Of a stretch of DNA of 64,000 nt, positions 19,101-28,572 are shown one piece after another; position 1 is the stretch's first letter; each line of letters begins with the position of its first letter. The stretch comes from a virus (lineage: Duplodnaviria; Caudoviricetes), in the IMG/VR virus record IMGVR_UViG_3300025102_000021, positions 784-64,783 of that record, one strand, 5' to 3'. The translations under genes were made by a program, and so were the position numbers. The notes beneath the pieces were generated by a model. The model was not told the origin of the DNA and ran no database searches. It saw only the letters and a program-made list of their open reading frames with translations.

Positions 19101-22100
19101 CTGTTTCTAACAGTAGCATCGGTTAGTCTTCTTTCAGATCTATTTTTGTTTCTTTCCAGTGCATTCTCTAAAGATGACTCAACAAATACTATTTGAACAT
19201 CGTAACCAGCGTCTTTAAAATCTCTAGCCATGCTTTCAAACTGAACGCCAACAGCGCCTGTACCATCAATAACCACACCATCACCTTGACCTCTTAGTCT
19301 CGATGCTTTATTTTTAGCCGAAACAGCAGCTTCTCCTTGCAAGCTTCTCCACTTATCAGATTGTTCTCTGGTAAAGTCGTTCATGTCTTGTGGTAACCCA
19401 CTATTCTTAGTTAACCAATCTAAGGCTACATCTTGATTTATATATTTAAACCCTTGTTTTCTTAAGCCTAACTGCTTTACTATAGTTGTTTTACCTGCAC
19501 CAGCGTTACCAGCAAGCAGTATAGCTTTTCTTTTTGGCTGAGGCTTGCCGCTTGGATTAGGCATTGTTAATCTAATACCAGACTTGGTAAAGGCTAACGT
19601 GTCGTCAAAGTCAAAAGTAGACATACCTTGAGGCTCAGCGCTTTTCTTTAAGCTTAAAGCGTTGTTTCTAGCTTTAGTATACTTTTTAGCATTTTCTATT
19701 TTTTTATCTATCTCTACTCTAGTATAAGGCTCTCCGATTAATTCACCAGTACTTATGTCTCTAATAGTTTCAAGTTCCGCAAAAGGTATAGTTAAAGAGT
19801 TGTAATATCTAAACCAACTAGGATCAACTCCAAATTGATAACCAGCGTTCATTAAGCTTTGTAGTCCTTGAGCTTTTAAAACGTTGTCCATTGTTTTAGG
19901 TATAACAGCTACAGTATAGTCCTTGTAAAACTCGTTAATGTCTTTTATGCCACCTTTTTTATGCTCTTGTATTATTTTTATAGCCATGTAGTTAGCAGGT
20001 ATCATGTGCTCGTACTCCGCTAGCGATCCTAATTGTTTAGGATTCATGTTTTTAACACTATCCGCTATATACCTTAAATTAGCGGCTCTTCTTATAGGCG
20101 CTTTCATTTGGCTGTTTGCACTTATCATAAACATAGCTAAACGCACGTCGTTGTTACCAACTACGTTTAGTGCCATGTTTATAACCTCTCTAACTTCTGT
20201 AGCTTCAGCTAAACTGTCCTCGTAACTGCCTTTTTCTACGGCGTACTTACTATCTTGAGGTATGAGCTTAGTGTTAGCAGCATCGTATATTTCCTGCGTC
20301 ATACCTGGTATTTGCAAAACTCCCCAATTCATAAAGTCAGCCGCGCTATCAAACACCTGGTATCTTTGATCACTAAACTCAGTTCTAGGCTCACCATCTT
20401 TCATTAGTTGATCAGGTGTAACTTCATATAGCTTTCCGTTCTTGTCAACCTTAAACTTTCCTCTACCTATCTGAGCAGCACCAGCGTACATAGGTTTTAA
20501 TATAGCCATGACTCTAGCTACTTCAGCTAAAGTATAGTTTACTCCTGTTTTTGGGTTAATAGTATTCAGCAACGCTTTACCAATGTCGCTAGGCGTTTTT
20601 CTTGCATCAGACGCTAGATCTATATCGTCGTATAAATCTGAGCCTTTAACCTGCTTGTTTTGTATTTTTATGTTTAAAAGCTTTACTATATTGTCTGCTT
20701 CTTCGGTAAAGTTATTAGCAACGTAGTTACCCCATTTAAAACCGTCTTCATCTAACATAGAGTCTGCCACGGGCTTAAAGTACTTAGCCATCTTTACAAT
20801 ATCTTTAGCTATTCCACCCAAGGTAGACGCTGGTATCTCGCCTTTAAACACGCTAACTAAAATGTCTCTTACTTCTTTCCAGTCTGCTACATCTTTTAAA
20901 GAAGGATTTATTAATGCGGATATTTGAGGTATTTCGCTGATAAATAAACTTTTCTTAGCAGGAGATAATCCTCTAAATTCTTTACTGAAAGCCAGGGCGC
21001 TTCTACCATCTCCAAACAAAGCTACGGCAGCTGTTTCAGCTGTACCGTTCTTGATGTCGTTCATTCTAACACCTTGGTTAGCTGTTATAGCCGCAGCTTG
21101 CTTTATAAGTTCTCTTATGTTGCCGTCAAACTTAGTTCCGGTCATAAAAGATCCATCTGGATTTATACCAAACTCTGCCCAAAACTGCTCTTTAGTTATG
21201 TCAGTTCTTTTTGTTTGAGCCTCTTTACCAACGGCACTACCACTTTGCTTCATTGATATTCGTTCGCCTTTGTTGTAAAACACGCCAAGCCCAGTGTTAG
21301 CAACTAGAGTTGATTGACCAGACACTGTTTCACCCTCTGGCAAAGCAAAATCTCTAAGGTCTTTCCAGTTTTCTTTTATCGCGTTCTGCGCGTTAATTCT
21401 AAGGTTATTACTAAGAGTTTGGTTAGCTAATACTCTATTAGCCGGCACCCCAAATTTTTCAGCAACAATTTCCATTATATTAAACAACGATCCAGTTGAA
21501 ACAACATCAGAAGACTTTGTTGGCACAACTAACTTTCCCTTTTTGTTCTTTACCTTCTGAACATCAGACACAGCTTTTTTAGCGTCTACATAAGCTAAAC
21601 CAGTAGAGGTAACGTTTGACTCAGCTATAGCGTTTGATATGGCCTCCATATTTAACCCAAATGCACTAGCAAAAACCCCAGGTATAACAGCTTGCTCTCT
21701 AGCCTCTGTGTGACTAAGGTTTTGCTGCTCAAACGACTGTATCATATTATTACCCTCGTCCACAAGCATATCACCAAATGTAGCTCCGTCACCAATGTTT
21801 TTATCTAAAGACACGGTGTCACCACCCTTGTCTTTTTTATATTGGTTCATTACATCACCCTTAGCTCTAAATATAATAGACTTACCTTGACCACCAGCAA
21901 CACCTGTTAACCAGCCGAATAAACTACCGTTTGTAGCGACTACATCAAAGCCTCTTCCTCTCTCACCTGTCTTCTTATTTATTTTCCCTAAATATCTTAA
22001 CCCTATTTCTTCTTTTACTTTTCTAGTAAACTCGTCTAGAGCAGCCCCCTTAAGACCGAACTCAGTCATACCTCTTTTTATAATACCATCAAGAGATGTT

Positions 22101-25100
22101 GAGTCTACTATTTGAGTATAAGCGTTGTAGTAATCCTCAGACTGTTTAAATTCTTCTTGAGTATTATACTTAGGAGTTCCGTCTTCGTTTAAAGTGTACT
22201 GGTCGAAATCAGACTTTAAGTCCCCGTCTTCCTTAGACATTCTAGACTCTGCAGACTGCATGTAGCCTAACTCTTGCAACAACTTGTTATACTCTCTACT
22301 TCCATAAGCTATCTCACCAGAAACCCTAGCTCCTTGAGACATAGTTCTTCTCATGCCGGCGCTTAAGTTTTTACCTTTAGCTACAGTATTATTGTAGTCT
22401 CTAACAAAGTTAAAAACATCTTCAGCCGAGTCAAAGTTTACTCTAACGCCTATAGCAGAAAAAGCCCTACGTATTATGTCACCTATTTTAGTAAAAGTTG
22501 TTTCATTAAACTTAATTTCACCGTTAGCTAACGCATCAGAAAACAGAGTTAAAGTTTCTTCAGCTGCAACTATCTCGCCCTGACTAGCTCTATATCCTTC
22601 TAGTCTTCTTCTAAAGTCTGTGTTTCTTACGTTTTTAGGATCGATGTTAAGTAAATAACTTTCTAAAGCTCTACCAACAGCTAACGCTGTCTCTGGATTA
22701 TTAGCAAAAGTTTTGTTTAGTAGAACATGCATGAACTCGTGAGCAGCAACGTTTCCTCTACCCATGTTTATAGCTGACTCTTTGTTTATAACAATAGTTT
22801 GCCTACCGTTTCTCATTGGAGTAGTAAACCCATGTGTTGTTTTAAAATCGTCTACGTTGTTTTGCGCCTCTTGAACAATAGCCTCGTAGTTAATACCAGC
22901 GTCAAGTAATTGTTTGTTACTTATTTCCACGCCAGTATAAGCGTCAACAAACATTCTTTTGCCTGTTTCAGCATTAATAAAGGTTTGTACTTCAGTGTTA
23001 AGTCTATCTAAAGAAACTTGATTTAAACTGTTTTCTACTATTCCGTCTATAGCTAAGTCTCTAGCTTGTTCTCTAGGTACTGAAACTATGTTTATGTTGT
23101 CAAGTTTAAGCCTGTCTTTCCACTTTTGTATTAAGCTTGTTCCTTTCTTAAGATCTTCAGCGCTTTGTCTTTCGTTTATTTTAGCTAAAACAGGATCTAG
23201 TATTTCATTGTTCTGCTCTTGAAGAGATTGAAAAAGAGCTTTGTCATTTTTGTATTCTTGAGAGTCTCTATTTAGTTCGCTATTTTTCCATTTATTTGTT
23301 ATTTCTTCTAGCTTTTTCTTGTTGTCTTCAACCGTTTTCACCTGGTCTGGATCTAACATGCTAATAGCTTCTATCTCGTTAGCGGCTGTTCTGTCGTTTA
23401 TTTCTAACTGAGCGTTGTTTGTTTCAATCTCAATGTCTGTACCTTCTAAAAGCTCAGACATTTGATCGTAAGCTTCAAAATCTCTTTTAATAACAATTTT
23501 AGTGTCAGCTGTTAACTCACCGTTTTCTTTCATTTTTTTCGCGGCTTCATAAGCTTCTTCAGCTGTGTCGTAGGTTACTTTTCCTACTTGGTATTTTGGC
23601 TTACTTATTTTATTGTTTATAAAGCTTTTTGCTCTACCCCCAAGCTTCAGCGCTCCAAACATACCTTGTATCGCTGCTGTTGATATAAACGTTTGCTCGT
23701 AAAAGTCAGCGTCCATACCCTCTGTTAGAGGTCTACCATCAATAAGATTTGTTGGCGGCTGAGCAATTATTTCCTCCATCATCTCACCGATCATACCGTT
23801 CCAACCACCTCTTTCTTGCACTTTATTAATAAACGCAACGGTATCGTTTGGCTTTATTCCAAACTTTTTCATGAACCTACCCATAAACATTCTAGCGCCG
23901 ATGTTGTCTAAAGCGTCTAAGCCTGTCGCTCCTTTTATATACTTTGATATACCGGGAAGATATGCTCCAAATCTTTCAGAAGCAAATTGAACCCACTCTT
24001 TACCGTATTCTTTAGCAAAAGCTTCTTTAAACGACTGGCCTTCAGATATTTCGTTGATAACTTCTACGTAAGTGTCTCCAACTTCAGAGTAAGATATAGC
24101 CATTTCAGGAGTCATACCAGCGTAAGTATTACCTATTACTCTAGGTGTACCTATAGTTGTCATAGTGGTTGTACCAGCTAGAAATTGAAGAGTTTTTGCT
24201 GTAGCTCCGTTTGGATCTATAATTAATTTAGGATTTTTAACACTACCTAATATTGGAAACTTTTTTTCTAGCTTAGCTGTAAGATTAAATCCTTTAGATG
24301 ACTTTGAGTAAGCTTTTAAAACATCGTCACCATACTTAGCTAAGTAGGTTAACCCTAGCTTGTTTATAGAGTTTATCCCCAGCTTAACACCTTTGCTAGC
24401 CCAACCAGCTGGAGTATACATTAAAGCAAACTCAGCCATCATTCTAATAGAACTAGACAAACCAAACCCAGAGGCGTAGGCGTTAGATAAACTGCTAGCT
24501 TTACTTTGCATCTGCGCGTTTGATACGTACATCTTAAGCATTAACTTTTCACCTTCAGACCTTTCTTCAACTGGCTTGTCTGTTATTTTCTTAATAGCTC
24601 TCTTGTCTAGTAAGTCTACTACGTCTCCGACGATAGGTATATAGTCTGCAAGATTAGCGTCAGCAAGACCCATGTAGAAGTTCCTAAGACCTAATCCGCT
24701 CATTTTTTCTGGAGCATCTATTATTTCTAAAGCTAAATCGTAAGCCTCTTGTTCTTCACTGTCTAAGCTACCATTCTCTTTTCTTATCTTGTCGAGCTGC
24801 TGTATAGCTTTGTTAGCAGAGTTTATTAGTTCTGCAGAGCTTTTTTGACCGTCCGCGTCATAAGCTAGCTTTTCGTATGCTTTATAGAAGTACTCTTCTT
24901 TCATTATTTGTACTTCATCCGCGCTGTATCCAGTTTCTATTAAACCACGCTCAACGGCCTCCCACTCAATGCTCAGGGCCATGTTTTTGTTTTCCGTAGT
25001 CATCTGCGCAAAACCATCTCGTGACAGCCTAGTAAAAGAAGATGCTACAACACTGTCTGGTATAGTGGTTGTACCAGGGTTCCATTGCTGCGTGTATTCA

Positions 25101-26920
25101 TTTTGAAGCTCTTTGACTTTTGCATTCCAAGCGTTAGCCATGTTTTCGTTAAGATCAGAAGCTACTTCTTTTGTTTTTAGCTTCCAAAGCTCATCTTTTT
25201 TCTTGTTGTACTCTACCTCAAATTCACTAAACTCTATCTCTTGATCAGAGTTAACCTGCTCTATAACAGCGTCAATTTCTTTCTTGAAGTTTTCGTTAAG
25301 CCATTTGTTTGCTTTTTCAGTTATTGCGTCTAACTCTTCTTGAGTTTTTGGCTGTGGACCAAACTCCCCAGACTTTACAAGATCTTCTACTTCTTTGTTT
25401 AGTCTGTTAGATATTTCTTTAGCTTTTTTATCTACTATTTTTTGTGATTTGTTTTTTATTTTAAGCTGAAAATCTAGCAGCTCTGGCTCAAGCTCTTGAT
25501 CAATGCTATTTGTTATAGCTTCTTCGTTTGCTTGTATAAGGTCGGCATATTGTTGTTCATAGTACGTATTAAACTCTGCATAAGCAGGTTCTATATAATT
25601 AGAAAAGTCAGAGTTTAATTTTTCTTGATCGTAAGCTATCTCCTTGTACTCATCAAAAGTTCCTGTAAAAGTACCATCTGCTACTCTTTGTTCGTAAGCT
25701 TCTTTTGTTTTTTGTAACGCTATATCGTTTTTATCATCAACATAATTTAACAGATCTACTGTTGTCATTATATTGGCTTGTACGTCTTCTTCAGTAAGAC
25801 CTAATTCCTTCAGCTCTGCTTTTTGCTCTTCGGTTAAATCCTCTTGAAACTCTAATGATTGTTCGTTTGTGTTACCCTTGTTGTTTAATATATTTTCAGT
25901 AACGTCGCTAGCGCTTTCTTGCTTTTCACTTATTAAACTGTTGCCTAGTAATTTTTTAGCTTTCTCAGACTCTTCATACATGAACATTTTTCGATAGAAC
26001 TCGTCTATTCTAGCTTGCGTTATAGGCTCGTGGTTAGTGACAGATTTTCCATCTACCATTGTCATAACCTGTGGATTTCTTAAGTCCACAAAAGTTCCAT
26101 CGTCCATTCTTTGAACGCCGCTTATGATTGTAGATCCTTTTACCCTTCTAGACTTTTTTCTTCCTTTTTCATCGTAGTAAGTTACATACTTGCTTTCTTG
26201 ATATATAGGCTTAATTTCCGCCATAAAGTCAGCGTACGTTCCGTCGTGATGAAAGTTTTTCTTACCGTACAGATCGTACATTTCTTGAGAAGCGTCAACT
26301 ATAGTTTGCTGATCGTTTTCGTCAAACTCTTCGCCTGTTACTGCTTGGTAGTACTCTTTATAGGCTTGTGTAAATGTTACGTCTTGTAGATCTGTTTTTC
26401 TTGTAGGTAAGACTATTCTAGTCTCTTCTCCGTCTTTGTTAGTTATTATAATGTCATCTTTACCAAAGCCTGGAAACTGAATGCCTCTATCAAACTCGAA
26501 GCTAGAGTCTTCTCCATGGAATTCTTTAAGCTTGTCTCTTAGCTCTTTTTCAGGGCTGTAGTCAGAGGCCATTTCTTCAGGTCTATCTTGTGCAGCTATA
26601 ATAAACTCATCAAAGCTTAATACACGGTCTGCTTGAATCTCAACCTCAGGTAGTACATCGCCAATGGGTTTATCTTCTGTCTTTTGTGAATCCGAAGAAA
26701 TATCTTCCGACTCTGATCCCGTATTCGACGTGTCGCTTGGATCTGTTGTCGTCACGTCTACTTCGTTTCCCTCTGGATGTGTTTCAGGATCTTCAGTTCC
26801 GTCATGCATTTTGAACGGAGCATCTATCTTTAGTTTTGCGTTTGGAAATTTTTTAAGGAAAGCTTGTTCCTTGTCTTCTGGAATGTTATAGACTTTATCG
26901 TCTACTGAATATCTAGGCAT
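16103..26920 (-). CDS. Giant 3605-aa polyvalent (probably virion-ejected) protein: zincin HExxH, sigma-like segment, HAD phosphatase with nested P-loop kinase, C-terminal Cys/His repeats
   Basis: AAHEFMH; FDVVATNGSLFGWL...VSLDKNIGDGATFGDMLVDE; FDFDDTL...LTAR...FVDD interrupted by LLAGNAGAGKT...IDGT. Follows the tail and pilot genes. Confidence 0.85.
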   Translation of the reverse strand: MPRYSVDDKVYNIPEDKEQAFLKKFPNAKLKIDAPFKMHDGTEDPETHPEGNEVDVTTTDPSDTSNTGSESEDISSDSQKTEDKPIGDVLPEVEIQADRVLSFDEFIIAAQDRPEEMASDYSPEKELRDKLKEFHGEDSSFEFDRGIQFPGFGKDDIIITNKDGEETRIVLPTRKTDLQDVTFTQAYKEYYQAVTGEEFDENDQQTIVDASQEMYDLYGKKNFHHDGTYADFMAEIKPIYQESKYVTYYDEKGRKKSRRVKGSTIISGVQRMDDGTFVDLRNPQVMTMVDGKSVTNHEPITQARIDEFYRKMFMYEESEKAKKLLGNSLISEKQESASDVTENILNNKGNTNEQSLEFQEDLTEEQKAELKELGLTEEDVQANIMTTVDLLNYVDDKNDIALQKTKEAYEQRVADGTFTGTFDEYKEIAYDQEKLNSDFSNYIEPAYAEFNTYYEQQYADLIQANEEAITNSIDQELEPELLDFQLKIKNKSQKIVDKKAKEISNRLNKEVEDLVKSGEFGPQPKTQEELDAITEKANKWLNENFKKEIDAVIEQVNSDQEIEFSEFEVEYNKKKDELWKLKTKEVASDLNENMANAWNAKVKELQNEYTQQWNPGTTTIPDSVVASSFTRLSRDGFAQMTTENKNMALSIEWEAVERGLIETGYSADEVQIMKEEYFYKAYEKLAYDADGQKSSAELINSANKAIQQLDKIRKENGSLDSEEQEAYDLALEIIDAPEKMSGLGLRNFYMGLADANLADYIPIVGDVVDLLDKRAIKKITDKPVEERSEGEKLMLKMYVSNAQMQSKASSLSNAYASGFGLSSSIRMMAEFALMYTPAGWASKGVKLGINSINKLGLTYLAKYGDDVLKAYSKSSKGFNLTAKLEKKFPILGSVKNPKLIIDPNGATAKTLQFLAGTTTMTTIGTPRVIGNTYAGMTPEMAISYSEVGDTYVEVINEISEGQSFKEAFAKEYGKEWVQFASERFGAYLPGISKYIKGATGLDALDNIGARMFMGRFMKKFGIKPNDTVAFINKVQERGGWNGMIGEMMEEIIAQPPTNLIDGRPLTEGMDADFYEQTFISTAAIQGMFGALKLGGRAKSFINNKISKPKYQVGKVTYDTAEEAYEAAKKMKENGELTADTKIVIKRDFEAYDQMSELLEGTDIEIETNNAQLEINDRTAANEIEAISMLDPDQVKTVEDNKKKLEEITNKWKNSELNRDSQEYKNDKALFQSLQEQNNEILDPVLAKINERQSAEDLKKGTSLIQKWKDRLKLDNINIVSVPREQARDLAIDGIVENSLNQVSLDRLNTEVQTFINAETGKRMFVDAYTGVEISNKQLLDAGINYEAIVQEAQNNVDDFKTTHGFTTPMRNGRQTIVINKESAINMGRGNVAAHEFMHVLLNKTFANNPETALAVGRALESYLLNIDPKNVRNTDFRRRLEGYRASQGEIVAAEETLTLFSDALANGEIKFNETTFTKIGDIIRRAFSAIGVRVNFDSAEDVFNFVRDYNNTVAKGKNLSAGMRRTMSQGARVSGEIAYGSREYNKLLQELGYMQSAESRMSKEDGDLKSDFDQYTLNEDGTPKYNTQEEFKQSEDYYNAYTQIVDSTSLDGIIKRGMTEFGLKGAALDEFTRKVKEEIGLRYLGKINKKTGERGRGFDVVATNGSLFGWLTGVAGGQGKSIIFRAKGDVMNQYKKDKGGDTVSLDKNIGDGATFGDMLVDEGNNMIQSFEQQNLSHTEAREQAVIPGVFASAFGLNMEAISNAIAESNVTSTGLAYVDAKKAVSDVQKVKNKKGKLVVPTKSSDVVSTGSLFNIMEIVAEKFGVPANRVLANQTLSNNLRINAQNAIKENWKDLRDFALPEGETVSGQSTLVANTGLGVFYNKGERISMKQSGSAVGKEAQTKRTDITKEQFWAEFGINPDGSFMTGTKFDGNIRELIKQAAAITANQGVRMNDIKNGTAETAAVALFGDGRSALAFSKEFRGLSPAKKSLFISEIPQISALINPSLKDVADWKEVRDILVSVFKGEIPASTLGGIAKDIVKMAKYFKPVADSMLDEDGFKWGNYVANNFTEEADNIVKLLNIKIQNKQVKGSDLYDDIDLASDARKTPSDIGKALLNTINPKTGVNYTLAEVARVMAILKPMYAGAAQIGRGKFKVDKNGKLYEVTPDQLMKDGEPRTEFSDQRYQVFDSAADFMNWGVLQIPGMTQEIYDAANTKLIPQDSKYAVEKGSYEDSLAEATEVREVINMALNVVGNNDVRLAMFMISANSQMKAPIRRAANLRYIADSVKNMNPKQLGSLAEYEHMIPANYMAIKIIQEHKKGGIKDINEFYKDYTVAVIPKTMDNVLKAQGLQSLMNAGYQFGVDPSWFRYYNSLTIPFAELETIRDISTGELIGEPYTRVEIDKKIENAKKYTKARNNALSLKKSAEPQGMSTFDFDDTLAFTKSGIRLTMPNPSGKPQPKRKAILLAGNAGAGKTTIVKQLGLRKQGFKYINQDVALDWLTKNSGLPQDMNDFTREQSDKWRSLQGEAAVSAKNKASRLRGQGDGVVIDGTGAVGVQFESMARDFKDAGYDVQIVFVESSLENALERNKNRSERRLTDATVRNSIESAKKNKKAFKEMVTFFPYSAKGFVEINTDNLKQGEALPAEFVKEMDDFTKGYIKDRINAEDFALRGADLLAQGAEYDFSEFNKVVDGTPGPLLQKMKNQIKKYGSDNVYVLTARPAASASPIHQFLKDQGINIPLENITGLGKSEGEAKAQWFVQKYAEGYNDMYFVDDALSNVKAVKRVFDALDVKGKSVQARINFSKEFNDTFNQMLERTKGVGAQKTFSRVEARRRGKNKGRFTFFVPPSAEDFAGLLRYFAGTGAQGDVDVKFFEEALIKPFARADRAMSQQKQAIRDDYKALQKEFPSVKKLLGKLTEGGKYTYDMAVRVYLFDKAGYDIPGLSNSAKINMTNLVRQNQELMAYADALGKISRQEQGYLEPTENWDVENIAFDLQNATSRIGRKQFLAEFLENKDIIFSPDNLNKIEAIYGSNFRSALEDILYRMETGQNRRKGATRFENAWNNWINNSVGAIMFFNARSAVLQTLSTVNFINFEDNNIFKAGKAFANQKQYWSDFSFLFNSDFLRNRRAGLATNVNEAELANAVAGATNKAKAALGYLLKIGFTPTQIADSFAIASGGASFYRNRVNKYLKQGMSQAEAESQAFLDFQEIAEETQQSARPDKISQQQASNLGRIILAFANTPMQYNRLIKKAAGDLINGRGDWRSNVSRIVYYGAVQNFIFAAMQNALFALAFDDDEELTEAQQAAKDRTEDTKHSRILNSMFDSLARGSGIYGAALATLKNAIMKYMEEDAKGWRADYAQVVIEALNVSPPLGSKARKLYSAGRTRKFSRDVMSEMSMLDYDSPAWQAIGNVVEATTNLPMARAIRKIDNIREALNKDNSNTQRMMLFLGWSAWDLNVGTEVIKNEGKENEYVVTLDTKRMNQLKVEQELDAKKAKDRKEQAEKKKQEKKEQEVKENEQKVKENIEKQKKEGEEATCAAISSKGNRCKRKPVKDGFCTVHEKVEQNETGEKKQCKHIKPDGKRCKMKTNSKSGNCYYHD

Positions 26921-27021
26921 GATAATAAATTTTTAATTACTCTTCTTCTACGTCCTAATTAGTTGCAAAGCTTACGGACGAAGATGTAACCTCACTTTGG
27001 CTATATTTATTATCACTTGAT

Positions 27022-28563
27022 TTACTCAGTATTTGACTCTAAAAATTGCTCAAATCCTTCTTCAAAAGTATTACCCACTGGATTGCTGGGAATACCTTTA
27101 TTGTTGCTTGCTACTTGATATTTGTTATAGGTACTTCTAGACATCTCTAAATAATACTCTTTAATCTCTTCTCTCAAAGCATCTACAAAGCCTTCTTTTT
27201 TCCAAAGATCCGACGAAGGGTTTAAGTCTTCCTCACTCAAGCCTGTGTTGGCTGCGGCAAAGTCTTCTATAAAGCTTCTACCAGTTCCATTTAAGTCATC
27301 ATACATCCAAGACATAAGCTGGTTGTCATTAGCGTCTCTAAGCATGTAGTCTAAGTCTGATTGAATAGCGCCTTCGTCAAAACTTAAGTTATCTTTAACT
27401 GATTTACGTAAAGCATCTCGTTGATTTTTTAACGCTGTCCTGCTTCTTTCGTCTATTTTATACACGCCCTCCGTAGCTTGCTCTAAAGTCATTTGCTTTG
27501 GTTCACCTGTGGTTGGATCTTTAATAGTAAAAGTCATTTGCCCGTCAATCATCTGAACAGGTGCGTTTTTAGAAAATATTTCGTTTAAGTAGTGTTTTTT
27601 TTCTTGACTAGAACCATTAGAGTAAGTGCTAATACCGTTTCCTTCAGGTCCATATCCATTTGCAGTAACCCATTCTAGTTTAGCATCTTGAAGCTCTTTC
27701 ATTCTATTATTCATGTTGATAGAGTTATCTTCTATCTCTTGCATTTTAAGCTTTAAGTTTTTATACCTTTTTCCTCCATATCTTGTTTTAGCGGCTTCGT
27801 TTTTTAGTCTTGCTAACTCTTCTTTTTGAGCTGTAAAGTATTCTGTGGCCATGTTTTGTCCATTACCAAAGCCTTTAAAACCCTCTGCGCTAGCCTCGTT
27901 TATATCGTAAGCTTCTAATTCTTTTTTAGCTAAAACTTCAACTTGACTTTTGTATGCGTCTGCAACGGCGTCTATTTGAGATCTAATATCGCCGTAATTA
28001 ACTTGCTTTGGAGAACTTTTTCTGTAGTTAGCGATGAAACCAGCGTCACCACCACCAAACTTCATAGGTGATTTTTTACTGTGTAGGGGAAAGTAAGACT
28101 TAAATGTTGCTGGAGAATCATTTTCTTCGTATTGATTTTCTTCAGCTTGATCAATCTCCTCTTCCTCCATCTGATCCCATTGTTTTTCGCTAAACTCCTG
28201 GTCTCTTCTTTCTTTTTCAGCCTTGCCAGCATCTGTCAAGTTACCGTCTTTATCAGCGTAACCTTTATCTTGCATTTCTTTCAGCTGATCTTTTTGAGCT
28301 TTTTTATCTTTTCTTAAAGCTTTCTTGTCAGCTCTTTTAGCTTGACGCATTTCTTTACGATCTGCAAAGCCTAGTTCTTGAGCCTCTTCTTTTCGTCTTA
28401 ACTGTCTTTCAGTGTTACCAGATATTAAATCTTCTACGTTTTTTAAATCTGAAGCTACTTTACCCCAGTCAACTCTAGATGTCCAGCTTCCAGGAACTGA
28501 TGCTCCCGCTCCGAACGACTTTCCGCTACCAAAAGTTTTATTGTCTTTTTTTTCTTCAGCCAT
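27022..28563 (-). CDS. Putative ejection/internal virion protein
   Basis: Helical, charged 513-aa protein between the pilot-like gene and the giant gene. Confidence 0.6.
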   Translation of the reverse strand: MAEEKKDNKTFGSGKSFGAGASVPGSWTSRVDWGKVASDLKNVEDLISGNTERQLRRKEEAQELGFADRKEMRQAKRADKKALRKDKKAQKDQLKEMQDKGYADKDGNLTDAGKAEKERRDQEFSEKQWDQMEEEEIDQAEENQYEENDSPATFKSYFPLHSKKSPMKFGGGDAGFIANYRKSSPKQVNYGDIRSQIDAVADAYKSQVEVLAKKELEAYDINEASAEGFKGFGNGQNMATEYFTAQKEELARLKNEAAKTRYGGKRYKNLKLKMQEIEDNSINMNNRMKELQDAKLEWVTANGYGPEGNGISTYSNGSSQEKKHYLNEIFSKNAPVQMIDGQMTFTIKDPTTGEPKQMTLEQATEGVYKIDERSRTALKNQRDALRKSVKDNLSFDEGAIQSDLDYMLRDANDNQLMSWMYDDLNGTGRSFIEDFAAANTGLSEEDLNPSSDLWKKEGFVDALREEIKEYYLEMSRSTYNKYQVASNNKGIPSNPVGNTFEEGFEQFLESNTE

Positions 28564-28572
28564 AATTATATT

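Noticed and set aside
19586-19621. DFDD in the giant protein as a crAss-like virion RNA polymerase active site
   Set aside because: The context FDFDDTL with later LTAR and FVDD is a HAD signature, not DxDGD/DFDID.
19994-20017. EYEHMIP as an HNH nuclease site in the giant protein
   Set aside because: Only the first His motif is visible. Downstream Asn/His residues are not convincing without an HMM.
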